Of a stretch of DNA of 64,000 nt, positions 10,001 through 19,900 are shown piece by piece. How positions within the stretch are numbered: the first letter of the stretch is position 1; every line of letters begins with the position of its first letter. The notes beneath the pieces are model-generated. The model did not search any database, had not been told where the DNA came from, and worked only from the letters and a program-made list of their open reading frames with translations. The position numbers and the translations under genes were made by a program. Source of the stretch: a virus (Duplodnaviria; Caudoviricetes); the IMG/VR virus record IMGVR_UViG_3300020365_000001. One strand, 5' to 3'.

Positions 10001-10865
10001 CATCTGGAGTTGCAATGGTAGGACTCGTACCAAAGACCAGAGCACCAGAACCAGTCTCGTCAGTTACGACAGAACGGAAGTTGGAACTAGAAGGAGTTGC
10101 CAGGAAGGTGGCGACGTTGTTAGCAAGACCAGCAACACCGGTGCTGATCGGAAGACCAGTGGCATCAGCAAGGTTGAATGCTGGGGTAGCATCTGAACTA
10201 CCGAGATCAACAGAAACACCACCAAAGGAGACGCTATCGTTGATCAGTTTGCTGTTAGCAATACTACCTGCCAACTGAGCATTGGTAATAGTACCAACCA
10301 GACTGCTAGTGGGGTAATCAGTAGCATCGGAAAGGTTGAATGCTGGTGTTGCATCAGAAGCACCAAGATCAACAGAGACACCACCAAAGGAAACGCTATC
10401 GTTTACCAGTTTGGAGTTGGCAATATTGCCTGCCAACTGGGCATTGGTGATCGTACCAGTCAGGTCACTGGTTGGTAGATTACCACTAAAAGTTGTTGCG
10501 GAAAGTGTGCCGCCACTGAAAGTCAGTGCAGAATCATCTTGAAGTTCACCACCAGTACCAGCAATCACCACACGACCAGAAGTCAGGTCGCCAATCTGTG
10601 CACTAGCAGCAGTAAGACCCGCCGACACATTTACGGTGGTTGCTTTGAGGAAGGTAAGAGTAGAGATCCCAGTGATTCTCTGGTTCGATGCTGTTACCTC
10701 ATCATAAGAAAGATCACCAGTGACTGCAAGATCGCCCAGGACCGAAAGGTCTCCGAACATGCTAACATCAGCGGCGAACGTAGACACGCCAACGTGGGAT
10801 GAAAGACCAGCAATAACCTGCTGATTCTTTCCACCAACCTTAGCTAGTTCCCTGGCTCTTGACAT
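7068..10865 (-). CDS. Long tail fibre protein
   Basis: 1265 aa, Ser/Gly/Thr-rich; internal repeats; GSGLDADTLDG motifs; C-terminal GSYLIEEGEEHLYITNRRSGKKF domain shared with the 686-aa fibre. Confidence 0.85.
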   Translation of the reverse strand: MSRARELAKVGGKNQQVIAGLSSHVGVSTFAADVSMFGDLSVLGDLAVTGDLSYDEVTASNQRITGISTLTFLKATTVNVSAGLTAASAQIGDLTSGRVVIAGTGGELQDDSALTFSGGTLSATTFSGNLPTSDLTGTITNAQLAGNIANSKLVNDSVSFGGVSVDLGASDATPAFNLSDATDYPTSSLVGTITNAQLAGSIANSKLINDSVSFGGVSVDLGSSDATPAFNLADATGLPISTGVAGLANNVATFLATPSSSNFRSVVTDETGSGALVFGTSPTIATPDVTGRATMDDITLSGGVVVGAGLTVSGNLVVNGTTTTINSTTISVDDKHLELGATSSPSDTSANGGGVILKGDSDHTILWQNDNDQWEFSENVNLVSGKTFQIADASVLSATTLGSGVVNSSLTSVGTIASGVWQGTAIANAYIANSSISLGGVSISLGGSNATPAFDLSDATDYPTSSLVGTITNAQLAGSIANSKLSNSTVSVTAGNGLSGGGTASLGGSVSLAINVDDSSIQLSSDELSVKSLGITNAMLAGSIVNSKLANNSVSYGGVELALGASDLTPAFNLADATNYPTSSLVGTITNAQLAGSIAASKLAGSIGNSLLSNSSISLGGVSVSLGGSNATPAFDLSDATDYPTSSLVGTITNAQLAGGIAASKLAGSIGNSLLSNSTVSYGGVSLALGASDATPAFDLSDATNYPTSSLSGTITNAQLAGSIANSKLATSGVSAGTYGSSSAIPIITVNNRGIVTSASTTSIDTTSIADGDTSVTASDAGSSGSTVDVTIDNSIVSSFLGSGFDVTGNITVSGTVDGRDVASDGSKLDSIESGADVTDATNVNAAGAVMNSDTSTASMSFVTDQDNMSGNSSTKVPTQQSVKAYVDTSINNLVNGAPGALDTLNELAAALGDDSDFSTTITSSIATKLPLAGGTMTGNIVMSGSQTVDGRDVSVDGAKLDGIESGATADQSAAEILTLIKTVDGSGSGLDADTLDGVSSGSFLRSDTGDTKTSGNLTFNDDVKARFGSGGDLHVYHDGSNSILHNDTGNLKVEIDSSNGNDIQILNNNTTTISNHSFSYSAKFISGGSVELYENGSKKFETTTSGVSVSGNIAVSGTVDGRDVASDGSKLDGIESGATADQTASEILTLLKTVDGAGSGLDADTLDGITSGNFLRSNTSDTFSGTLTMSGNIIPNANGTRDLGSSSTRWANVYSSDLDLSNEAKGPNSIDGTWGSYLIEEGEEHLYITNRRSGKKFRFLMEEV
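7370..8430 (-). repeat. Three copies of a DGRDVxxDGxKLDxIESGA fibre repeat
   Basis: Near-identical DNA blocks at about 7370-7520, 7880-8025 and 8350-8425. Confidence 0.85.
8680..10460 (-). repeat. About 6-7 copies of a ~54-aa coding repeat (GGVSxxLGxSxATPAFxLxDATxYPTSSLVGTITNAQLAGSIAxSKL)
   Basis: Visible in both protein and DNA (recurring gcaatactacctgccaactg and accagactgctagtgggg). Confidence 0.9.
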
Positions 10866-10907
10866 GGCGTATTATCGTACAAGTAATTCGATAATATTAT
10901 TTATCTT

Positions 10908-11738
10908 CTATTTCATCCTGACTCGGAAAGCGATACGTTGAGTCATTTCACCAGCATCTGCTTTTGGTGGTAATGTCATGTGAGTCTGATGATGTGGGTA
11001 AACAATCACCCTACCAGGTCGATTACCTATGATTTGAGAAGGCCACCCGATGTCATAGTTGTGCTTCCAATGCTTGGCACCAGTTACAGTGTCATCATAA
11101 TATAAGAAATCACCACCCCAATCGGGTCGCCATTGTCTATTACTAACATACAATACTGTATAATATCTATCAGACTTGGGATCAACATCTGCACTGGAGT
11201 CCTTGTGCATTTGTCCAATTCGATTACCAATCGGTTGTGATGAAATTGGTTCAGCACATCTCGCGTTGAGATATACTCTCCAACCTTTCTTCATCTCATC
11301 AGCACTGACATTATATTTGTCAGCAAACTTTGTATTATTCTTGAAGTCTTTGGGATGACCACCCAGACCAGCAATATTTTCTGGCAATCCTTCTACTTCA
11401 GCACCATTATCAAATACTTTATCGTTGATAATAGTCCACAATTCATAGATGTTAGGATATCTGATTTGTAGTGATTGCTCACCCCATGCCATTGGGAACC
11501 TGTACATCGAGAACCTTAGTAGTTCCAATATACCCATAGGTCCCATTGCCTTTGGTATGAAGTGCCGACCAGCATGAACCCCATCTTCTGCTGGAATATA
11601 TTCGGACATTGATTCACCTGCCCTCATTAGAGCAGTACGACCAACCCATTCTTGATACCATGAAAGGGTTTGGCAGTAATTGTAAATGTTATCTGATAAA
11701 GTATGGGGAACTATGTCGTCATAGTACTTAGCGTACAT
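10908..11738 (-). CDS. 2OG-Fe(II) oxygenase
   Basis: HKD facial-triad motif, WRPDWGGD, PGRVIVY, distal H and terminal R-x-A. Confidence 0.85.
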   Translation of the reverse strand: MYAKYYDDIVPHTLSDNIYNYCQTLSWYQEWVGRTALMRAGESMSEYIPAEDGVHAGRHFIPKAMGPMGILELLRFSMYRFPMAWGEQSLQIRYPNIYELWTIINDKVFDNGAEVEGLPENIAGLGGHPKDFKNNTKFADKYNVSADEMKKGWRVYLNARCAEPISSQPIGNRIGQMHKDSSADVDPKSDRYYTVLYVSNRQWRPDWGGDFLYYDDTVTGAKHWKHNYDIGWPSQIIGNRPGRVIVYPHHQTHMTLPPKADAGEMTQRIAFRVRMK

Positions 11739-11818
11739 TATAATCTGTTGCGAGGAACAACAGGGACATTATTCAGTTAGAGCACCACTATTGGGAGTTG
11801 CGCCATGTCCCTTTATTA

Positions 11819-13879
11819 TTAGACCTCAGTCAAAGCAATCTTGTACTTCTTGCCTGTAATATTGTTGATCATATAGATGTTTTCATCACCTTCTTGCAAC
11901 GTCCAGTTGCCTTCAGTTCCATCTACATCATTACCACCTGAACCAACATTACTGAAGTGCATGTCAGAAGTGTAGACATTTGCCCAGCGAGAACCAGTTG
12001 CACCCAGATCACGTGTGCCATTAGCATCTGGCAGCATGTTACCATTCAAGGTAATATCACCAACTGAGATGCTAGGAGTACCAGTCAATCCAGTAGCATC
12101 ACCGGCGAATGTACCAGCAGTCAGAACATTTGTTCCGGGGTTGTATGTAAGGTCAGTATCAGTTCTAAGTGCCTCACTACCAGTTGCAGTATCTACAAAG
12201 GTAAAGTAGTGAACAGCATTTGTAGTATTGGTAGGAACCAACACACTGACAGCAGATGGAAGATTGGTTAGATTGGAACCATCACCATGAAATTCAAAAG
12301 CAGTTACAATACCACTAGTATGGAGGTTCTGTGTGATGGCACCAGCAGTGTCACCAACAATAATGTCACCATCCTTGACAGGGAGGATAGTAGTTACATT
12401 ACCACTATACTCAGAGTGTGGTGCTGCCTGGACTCTAGTATAATGAGCGTTACTAACCTCACAGTAGTAATCAATACGACCAGGAGTGCTATCACTACTA
12501 CGAATCTCAAGCAGATTAGTTACGGTAGAGACACCCGCAGCATTGATAGTACCAGTTACGTTACCAGTCAGAGGACCAATAAACTCGTCCGCAGTAGCAG
12601 TTCCGTCAACATCAATACCATTAGTGGTAGTTTCAAATTTCTTCAGAGAATTATGATACAGTTCTACACCGCCATTCTGCACAAAACTAGCAGAAGATTC
12701 GGTGCCATTTGCCTGAATATAGACCGATTTACCTTTTAGATAGATGTCCTCAGAATTACCACCATCAAGGATATTATCACTTCCATCATGATAGATCTCT
12801 AAATCATCAGTTCCAAAGATAAGTTTATTAGTTCCGCTAACTTCAACATTACCATTGAATGTAGAGATACCACTAATAAGTAAGTTGGTGCTATTCAGAT
12901 ATGTTGCAGTAGAAACACCTGGTGCATTCAGGTTACCATCAAATCCAAATGATCCAGCAGGTGCTACGAAACCTGAGTTTGTGGTAACAATACCAGTGAT
13001 CATCAGGGTTGTTCCCATCAACTGGGAAATCGTAGAGACACCACTAGAATTGAGGTTACCATCAACAGATTTGGTGGCAGTAACAAAACCAGCATTTACA
13101 TCACCAGTTACATCACCGGTGAGGTTACCATCTACATCACCCTCCAGATCACCATAGAAATTGGTGGCAGTTACTGCTGTACCTGCTAAGTTACCCTTGA
13201 ACTGTACACCAGCAGTAACAATACCAGTAGCATTTACATGCTCAAACCGTCCTGTTACACCAATAGAAGCAATACCAACTGTTACCTGACTTACAGTAAG
13301 ACCAGCACCAATGCGGAAGGTAGAAACATTTCCAAATGCTTCGGTACCATCAGCATTCTGCATCGTAGAACGTGCATCTGCTGCTGAGAATATAGTTACA
13401 ACACCCGCTCTACCAGGTTCAGGGTAGAATGACAGACCAGCACCCACCTTGATAGTGGTAATACCAGTTGCACGTACAAATTCGTCAGCGTCTGCAATCG
13501 ATAGAGTTGATTTCTCTACAAATACAGTGGCAACACCAACCTCAACACCACCAAAAGTTTGTTTGGTTTGTTCAACGTTGATACCATTACCAACAAAGTT
13601 GAATCTAGTAACAGATCCAGCATATCCCGTTGGAGTAATACCCTCATCGGATACTGTCAATCCTGAGGCAGTACCAGAAGGAGATCCACTCGGTTCTGCC
13701 CAATATCTTTCGCCAGTAACAGTACCATAAAGGACATGGTTATTGTCCGAAGGCAAACCCAGGTTAGGTTCCGCCTCCTCGATTCCAAGGAAGGATGGAA
13801 ACCCAGGAGTTTGTTGACGTTCTGTGGAAAGTCCCGCGTAGGAAGTAACACCTACACGTCCAGACAATAATCTTGGCAT
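11819..13879 (-). CDS. Tail fibre / virion structural protein
   Basis: GVST/GIVT repeats, DLEIYHDGS and VELYHN..KKFETT motifs; C-terminal GNWTLQEG domain. Confidence 0.8.
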   Translation of the reverse strand: MPRLLSGRVGVTSYAGLSTERQQTPGFPSFLGIEEAEPNLGLPSDNNHVLYGTVTGERYWAEPSGSPSGTASGLTVSDEGITPTGYAGSVTRFNFVGNGINVEQTKQTFGGVEVGVATVFVEKSTLSIADADEFVRATGITTIKVGAGLSFYPEPGRAGVVTIFSAADARSTMQNADGTEAFGNVSTFRIGAGLTVSQVTVGIASIGVTGRFEHVNATGIVTAGVQFKGNLAGTAVTATNFYGDLEGDVDGNLTGDVTGDVNAGFVTATKSVDGNLNSSGVSTISQLMGTTLMITGIVTTNSGFVAPAGSFGFDGNLNAPGVSTATYLNSTNLLISGISTFNGNVEVSGTNKLIFGTDDLEIYHDGSDNILDGGNSEDIYLKGKSVYIQANGTESSASFVQNGGVELYHNSLKKFETTTNGIDVDGTATADEFIGPLTGNVTGTINAAGVSTVTNLLEIRSSDSTPGRIDYYCEVSNAHYTRVQAAPHSEYSGNVTTILPVKDGDIIVGDTAGAITQNLHTSGIVTAFEFHGDGSNLTNLPSAVSVLVPTNTTNAVHYFTFVDTATGSEALRTDTDLTYNPGTNVLTAGTFAGDATGLTGTPSISVGDITLNGNMLPDANGTRDLGATGSRWANVYTSDMHFSNVGSGGNDVDGTEGNWTLQEGDENIYMINNITGKKYKIALTEV

Positions 13880-13880
13880 C

Positions 13881-14219
13881 TTACTTAGCGTTTTCTAGAA
13901 TAGAAATAATACACTTCATAGTGTTATTTTGATCTCCCTCAATTTTGAGGATGTCACCCGTCTCCATAACAAGACGACCGTCAATAAATGACATAGCGTC
14001 CTGATGGGGAACACGTGCAGAACGTACCAGTTCAGTATCAACGGAGTCTCTGCTGTGCTTTACAGTAAAAGAAGTAACAGAAGATCCTTGGCCGACGTTA
14101 GCAACGTTGCCATAAATCACCAGAGCAGCAACACCAGGAGGGCAAGTATAAATGCCAACAGCTGCATCAGTGATAGTATGCGTGATCGTTCTAAATTTAT
14201 TGAGTGGGATTGCAGCCAT
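13881..14219 (-). CDS. Conserved cyanophage virion structural protein
   Basis: IYTCPPGVAALV...GRLVMETGD...SILENAK pattern; located in the tail module. Confidence 0.7.
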   Translation of the reverse strand: MAAIPLNKFRTITHTITDAAVGIYTCPPGVAALVIYGNVANVGQGSSVTSFTVKHSRDSVDTELVRSARVPHQDAMSFIDGRLVMETGDILKIEGDQNNTMKCIISILENAK

Positions 14220-14220
14220 T

Positions 14221-16878
14221 TTACATCTGTCCTCCTAAGGAAATAATCAGCGGCGTGAGTGTTGCTTGGATACTCTTATTGAAAGCGTCTCCAGTAATGG
14301 TACCTGTTTGTTGATTGATAGTAAAACCATCACCGACTTTCAGGTTACCTCTTTCGTCAGTGGACGTGTAAACAACTCTACCTCCACCCTCAGAAACAGT
14401 TTCGTTTTCCGGAATCGTAACACCACCATTTCTAGGTAGTGCATTGGCGATAGTAAGACCAGCACCAACAAATTCAAAGGTGTACGATGATGCGAGAATC
14501 AATGATTGTCGCTGGAACGGAACTGCTGACCCAAGACCGACCGTTGCCGGTAGATTCTGGTCAATAGTAATCGTCGAAACGCCAGCAGTTACCGGCGTAG
14601 CAGTATTTATGGTAAAATAAGCAGGTCCAATCTCAGAATTAGCAGCAGCAGTCGTTCCTGAGTTAGGAGATGCAATCTGCACAGATGGTGTGCTGCGATA
14701 TTGATTACCTGTTGCAAAGATATTGACAGCAGTAACCTGTCCAAATCCATTGACAACTGCCACACCCTCAGCAGTTGCACCGTTCGGTCCAGTAGGAGGT
14801 GCAATGGTAACTTTTGGAGGATTGGAAGAAGTATAACCACTACCAGCGTTGGTTACATTGATCTTGATAACTTCATTGAACAACTCTCCCAGGTAAAGCA
14901 CCTGACCAGAGTAAGGACGTTCAGTAAGACCAGATACCACAATAGTATTGTCTTCCTCAACCGCATCTTCTGCCAGCGTGCCAGAGTTGGTGACAGTACC
15001 CACACCGGATGCTACGATACCAAAGGTACCGAACGATGCGTTAGAGTTGTTCAGGTCACACTGACCACCACTGACGCAGGAGATAGCATACTCATCACAC
15101 ACGGTGAAGATAGACACCAACTGTGCATAACCATCGTTGGAGATCGTAACACCGATACCACCCTGATTATATTGTGTGTATGAGTCAACCACCATGGACT
15201 TGGTGCCATCAGCATGGTCACCATTGATCCTCATACCAATACTATCAGGAACAAAGTTCGTGCAGTTCCTTACATATGGGGACTGAGTGATGATACCAGC
15301 AATTCTTGCATGACTACCAGCATCACCCACGTTGATCGTGAAGGTGTCAGTGGTAACAGCAGTGATCGCAGTCATGATGCCAGCAACATGATCACTAGCA
15401 CGGGGATACTTGTGGTCAGTTGCAAAATTGTCCGCCTCACACTGGAATGTCAGACTAGATGTGACAATACCTACACTGTCACTGACGCTGAGACCATGAC
15501 CTGCTACTGTAACAGTGCTAACACCACTGATAGGATCATACAAGAACGCAGTAGGTGTCAAGGATGAACCAGTGTGCCAGTTAGGTCCAATCTTGATACT
15601 GTTGACACTCTTGACAACACCGACGCTCAATGTGATAGTATCGGTGGTGACAGAATCAATGTCTACAAAAGTATTATATGCGGGGTCACCTGATCTAGGA
15701 TATGCTACCTGCTTGTTATGGTTGTCAGAGTCGCAAGTAAAGGTCAGTGCACCGTTAGCGATCTTGATCCGATCAGTGTCGGCAACACCGTGACCAGCAC
15801 TGGTAAGGACTAGTGCACCAGAAATAGGATTGTATGTAGCGGCAGTTACAGTTTTCTGAGCACTATTAGACTCTACTGTAAATGCATTAGAAACAGTGCC
15901 ACCAACGTAGGTGTGAGTACCATTGTCTCGGTTGAATCTATGACGGTTTGGTACACCTTCCGGCGGGAAGGTGATCATGGCACCAGTGTTAGCAGCACCC
16001 ACAAATGACATGTTCTGAATCAGAACACCATTGTGAACTTGGAAAAGATCTTGACTGACATTGTTAGGGATAACCTGAGTGTTGCGAAGGTCATCGCCGT
16101 CGATTGAAACATTACGAGGAACAAAGATAGGATTGTCCTCGCGGTATATACCACCAGCGACACGGATCACATCACCAGCACCCACAATCGCAGTGGTTGC
16201 TTTGATGGTACGCTTGGCAGTGCTCAGAGTTTTGCCATCATTAGCATCATCACCATCTTCTGCAACGTAGAATACGTTCAGGGTGGAAGCACCAGCGCCA
16301 ACCCATTGCAGTTTGCCAGAAGAGGTTGCTGCAAGGACAGAAGCAGCAGCACCAACAGTGCTGTTAGAGTCACGCCACACACCACTGGCGCGAGTCTCCA
16401 GAGTGATGTCTAACGCATACTCTGGTTGCGTGCTACCAATACCGACCCGCTGATTATCCTCTCGGTAGGTAAGTTTCGGGGAACCACCAAACTTACCGTT
16501 CGTTTTCTTATACTGTACATCATAAATGTTGCCAGCAGCATCTGTCTCAATCTCAGCGAGATCAGTCCAAGATACAGCAGTTCCCACACTAATCAGTGCT
16601 TGACCGTTATTACCAGCACTTTCATTAGCATCATATAATCGTTTTCGTACGATTACATCTTTATTGAAATCAACATCCTTACCAGGTTGAGTTGAACCGA
16701 TGCCAACTTGACCAGCGGCAACAATGCCATCGAAGTTTGCTGTAGGTTGAACATCTAAACCGTAAGCGGGATTGGTTTTACCAATACCCGTACGGTTATT
16801 ATCAGCATCAACAACTAGTGCGTCGTCTCCAACCTCAAGTCCCTTCTCAATGCCAAATTTCTTGTTTACCGCTGCCAT
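14221..16878 (-). CDS. Virion structural protein (baseplate/fibre-associated, beta-helix domain)
   Basis: YVAEDGDDANDGKTLSTAKRTI, SPYVRNCT and SMVVDSYTQYNQGGIG motifs of cyanophage structural proteins. Confidence 0.8.
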   Translation of the reverse strand: MAAVNKKFGIEKGLEVGDDALVVDADNNRTGIGKTNPAYGLDVQPTANFDGIVAAGQVGIGSTQPGKDVDFNKDVIVRKRLYDANESAGNNGQALISVGTAVSWTDLAEIETDAAGNIYDVQYKKTNGKFGGSPKLTYREDNQRVGIGSTQPEYALDITLETRASGVWRDSNSTVGAAASVLAATSSGKLQWVGAGASTLNVFYVAEDGDDANDGKTLSTAKRTIKATTAIVGAGDVIRVAGGIYREDNPIFVPRNVSIDGDDLRNTQVIPNNVSQDLFQVHNGVLIQNMSFVGAANTGAMITFPPEGVPNRHRFNRDNGTHTYVGGTVSNAFTVESNSAQKTVTAATYNPISGALVLTSAGHGVADTDRIKIANGALTFTCDSDNHNKQVAYPRSGDPAYNTFVDIDSVTTDTITLSVGVVKSVNSIKIGPNWHTGSSLTPTAFLYDPISGVSTVTVAGHGLSVSDSVGIVTSSLTFQCEADNFATDHKYPRASDHVAGIMTAITAVTTDTFTINVGDAGSHARIAGIITQSPYVRNCTNFVPDSIGMRINGDHADGTKSMVVDSYTQYNQGGIGVTISNDGYAQLVSIFTVCDEYAISCVSGGQCDLNNSNASFGTFGIVASGVGTVTNSGTLAEDAVEEDNTIVVSGLTERPYSGQVLYLGELFNEVIKINVTNAGSGYTSSNPPKVTIAPPTGPNGATAEGVAVVNGFGQVTAVNIFATGNQYRSTPSVQIASPNSGTTAAANSEIGPAYFTINTATPVTAGVSTITIDQNLPATVGLGSAVPFQRQSLILASSYTFEFVGAGLTIANALPRNGGVTIPENETVSEGGGRVVYTSTDERGNLKVGDGFTINQQTGTITGDAFNKSIQATLTPLIISLGGQM

Positions 16879-16909
16879 TTACAACAAGACTCCTGTATAA
16901 GGTTATTTA

Positions 16910-19900
16910 TCAAGCAGTACGCATAATGAAAGCGAGAACATAATATGGGGGCATGTTTGCACCAGACCCACTTACACCTTCATTAGCAATCGCAGTAGTC
17001 GTAGCGGTGGCAACTGTGATACCAGTGGTCTCGGTGCTAGATGTCATCGTCCGCGTGTTTGGGTTGTCTGATCTATCATTCAAGGTGTTACCATCATTAT
17101 TATCATCATTATGAGAATCGAAGGTGTGTGCGTGACCGGGATCAGTAACTGTAGATGTAGAGGTCGATGTTGCGGTGTGATCGTGTTGAACAACCACAGC
17201 ATCAGCACTACCACCAGTTGTACCAGCGGTGTATGTGTCACCCGAAGACAACACAAATCGATCCTTCAGGTTAGGAGTATTGTTGTTGCCATCACAGAGT
17301 GCCCATCCAGAAGGAACACTACCTCCACTCCACATGATGATACCACCAATAGGAGTAATACCATTACCAGAGAAGGTGTCAGCAGTACATGTACCACCCA
17401 CAGTAGCATTATTGGTAACAGAAAGAGTATTAGCAGTCAGAGTGTTACCACTGAATGTAAGACCACTATTGTCTTCCAGTTCTCCAGATGCACCAACAAT
17501 AACAACGCGAGATGTCGTCAGATCGCTGACCTTTGCACTACCAACAACAGCAGTATTAGATGTAAAGTCAGCACTAACAGACAGATCACCAGTCAGTGCA
17601 CTGTCACCGGTGACTGCGAGTGCGTTAGAACCAGCAGATGCAGCACCCAGGGCAAGTTTGTCGAAGGCGAAATGATCTGTTTGATCAACAGTGATAGGAC
17701 CAAATCGCTTCCAAGGTTGAGAAGAATCAGTGGTACGAACCCAACCGATGTATCCTCCCTTTTCAAATGTGGTGTTCAGAATGATCTGATCCGTGCTGGA
17801 TGTGGGAGCAGTTTGATTGCTACCATTGATACCAACAAATACGCTGGTGCCAACATCACCACTACGATTACCCTTCAGTTGAATATCAACCAAAGAACTA
17901 TTGCCAAGACTGTAGAAGTTTTGCTTGACAGTCAGGTCATTGAAGTCAACCGCAGGAGGAATCTCCGTTGCCAGAGTGGTATCAAAAGCATTGATAGTGA
18001 ACTTCTCTTCACCAGTCAGAGCATCAATCTTCTTACGACCGATGAAGTATTCGCCCCGGTCATTCATACCAGAGTAAACAACACTACCACCGCGAGAAGA
18101 TACAGACTGGGCAAGCAGTTGCTGCTTATCATCCAGGACACGATCTTGCGTCTGGGGCAAGGCAGTGCTATAGTTACCAGGTCCGTAACCAACATACTCA
18201 AAGGTGTGTCCAGAAGCGCGGATCACACTGTGACGACGCTGCTCAACAGGCAGAACTTTGATCTTGACAGCGGCAGAATACTGGTTGTGTGCTTCTGGGT
18301 TGGTGCCCAAACAACCACGGATGATTCCATTCTTCGCGTTGTTTGAGATACGAACAATCTCATTCTCAATCTGAAGATAATCACCGCGACGGATCTTATT
18401 GTTATCTTGCAGAGTAATACTAGTGGAACTAGTTGTAAGACCAGAACTAATCTCAGTCGTTACACCACCATAGATGGAGATCGTTTGTCCTTTAGAACGG
18501 TTGCTGATACCAGCACTGTGTGCAATACAGTTAGGACCGTTGAAGTTAGGTGATGTCGCTGACGGGATAGAAACTGTCAGAGAAGAACCATAACCGATGC
18601 GATCCAGGACAGCAAACTGACCATTGTAGACACTGTTAGCACCACTGATAACAATCTCATCACCACGACGCAGACCGATGTCACGGTTCATCGTGATCGT
18701 TGCGATTCCGCTAGAAGAATCGTGGACAATGTTGGAGACCGCAGTGGCAATACCCACGTGGTAAACAAAACCACCAGTGGATGCAGCAGACACGGTGCCT
18801 TCATACATCAGGATCTTAGGATCCGTTACATTGGTAATTCTTTGCAGACCATTGTACGCAGTGCTAGTAACACCGACCACCTGAATAACATCACCAACGT
18901 TGTTATCAATCTCAGTGACTGTAACAGTTGCATCAGTTCCAGATGCAGAGAAAGGAACACCTTTGACTGTCAGAACATCGTTGACACTGTATCCAGAACC
19001 AAAGTCAACAACATCGAGCGAGGAGATAACACCGGCAGCAGCAACAGTAACATCAGCAGTTGCACCTTTACCAGTACCACCCTCAAGGTTGACACTGAAG
19101 TAGAACTCAGCGTTACCTGATCCGGTACCCAGGTTGCTACCACCAGTCAGACTTCCTACAGTCTTGATGCTGTTGAAACCGTGCTCAACTGTAAAGTTAG
19201 CACTGATGTCAGTACCAGAGACAGTTGCTTCAGTGACACCAATACCGATACCAGTGTCTTCAATAATTGCTAGAGTTGACTCACGGGTGATGCTGTTAGC
19301 ACGGTCGTTAGACTGCACAAATCCGATGTCATCACGCACAGCATAAGATACTGTAGGTTCTGGATCATCTACAGGGTTGTCAACGTCAACGTCAGGACGC
19401 AAGTCATTGATGTTCTGAGCAAACCTATTTTTACCAATGTCATATGGTGACACCTCAGGGATGTTACCATACTCAAGCATCGTCAGGTTGTAAATGCCAT
19501 CCTGAACACCAGACTTGTACTCTTGTACCGTCTGGTGGTTGAAGACCTGATATGCATTACCATAGTCCTTACGAACAAAGTAAGGTGAGAAAGTACGACC
19601 AGATCCAACAACACTCTCATCATGGCGAGTGTATGGAGTTCCTGTGGTAATCGTGCTAATGCCACCGGGGTTGGTGTTCAGTCCAACTCTAAAGGTTTTC
19701 TTGTCATCAATTTGAAGAACTTCAAACAGACCGTTGAAACCAGAGTTATCTGTTCCGTCAGTATTGTTAGTAGATTGCAGACGGTTGATCTCAATGATCT
19801 GTCCACGACGCAGGTTGTGGGAGAACTTAGAGGTGATAACACCAACATTAGAAGACCAGGAAGCGTCAATGATGCTAGTGCCTTGACGCAGATCAATGTC

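Noticed and set aside
7068-10865. Possible diversity-generating retroelement template/variable repeats in the fibre gene
   Set aside because: The repeats are in-frame structural units with mostly synonymous differences, show no evident adenine-specific pattern, and no reverse transcriptase is present in the window
11745-11812. HDV-like ribozyme (UUCCUCG loop next to GUCCC)
   Set aside because: The GGGAC partner lies upstream rather than downstream and the P1/P4 topology could not be built; kept only as a generic structured element
17111-18346. 411-aa plus-strand ORF and many other antisense ORFs over structural genes, gp32, psbA and psbD
   Set aside because: They are shadow frames caused by codon bias of the real minus-strand genes and have no recognisable motifs
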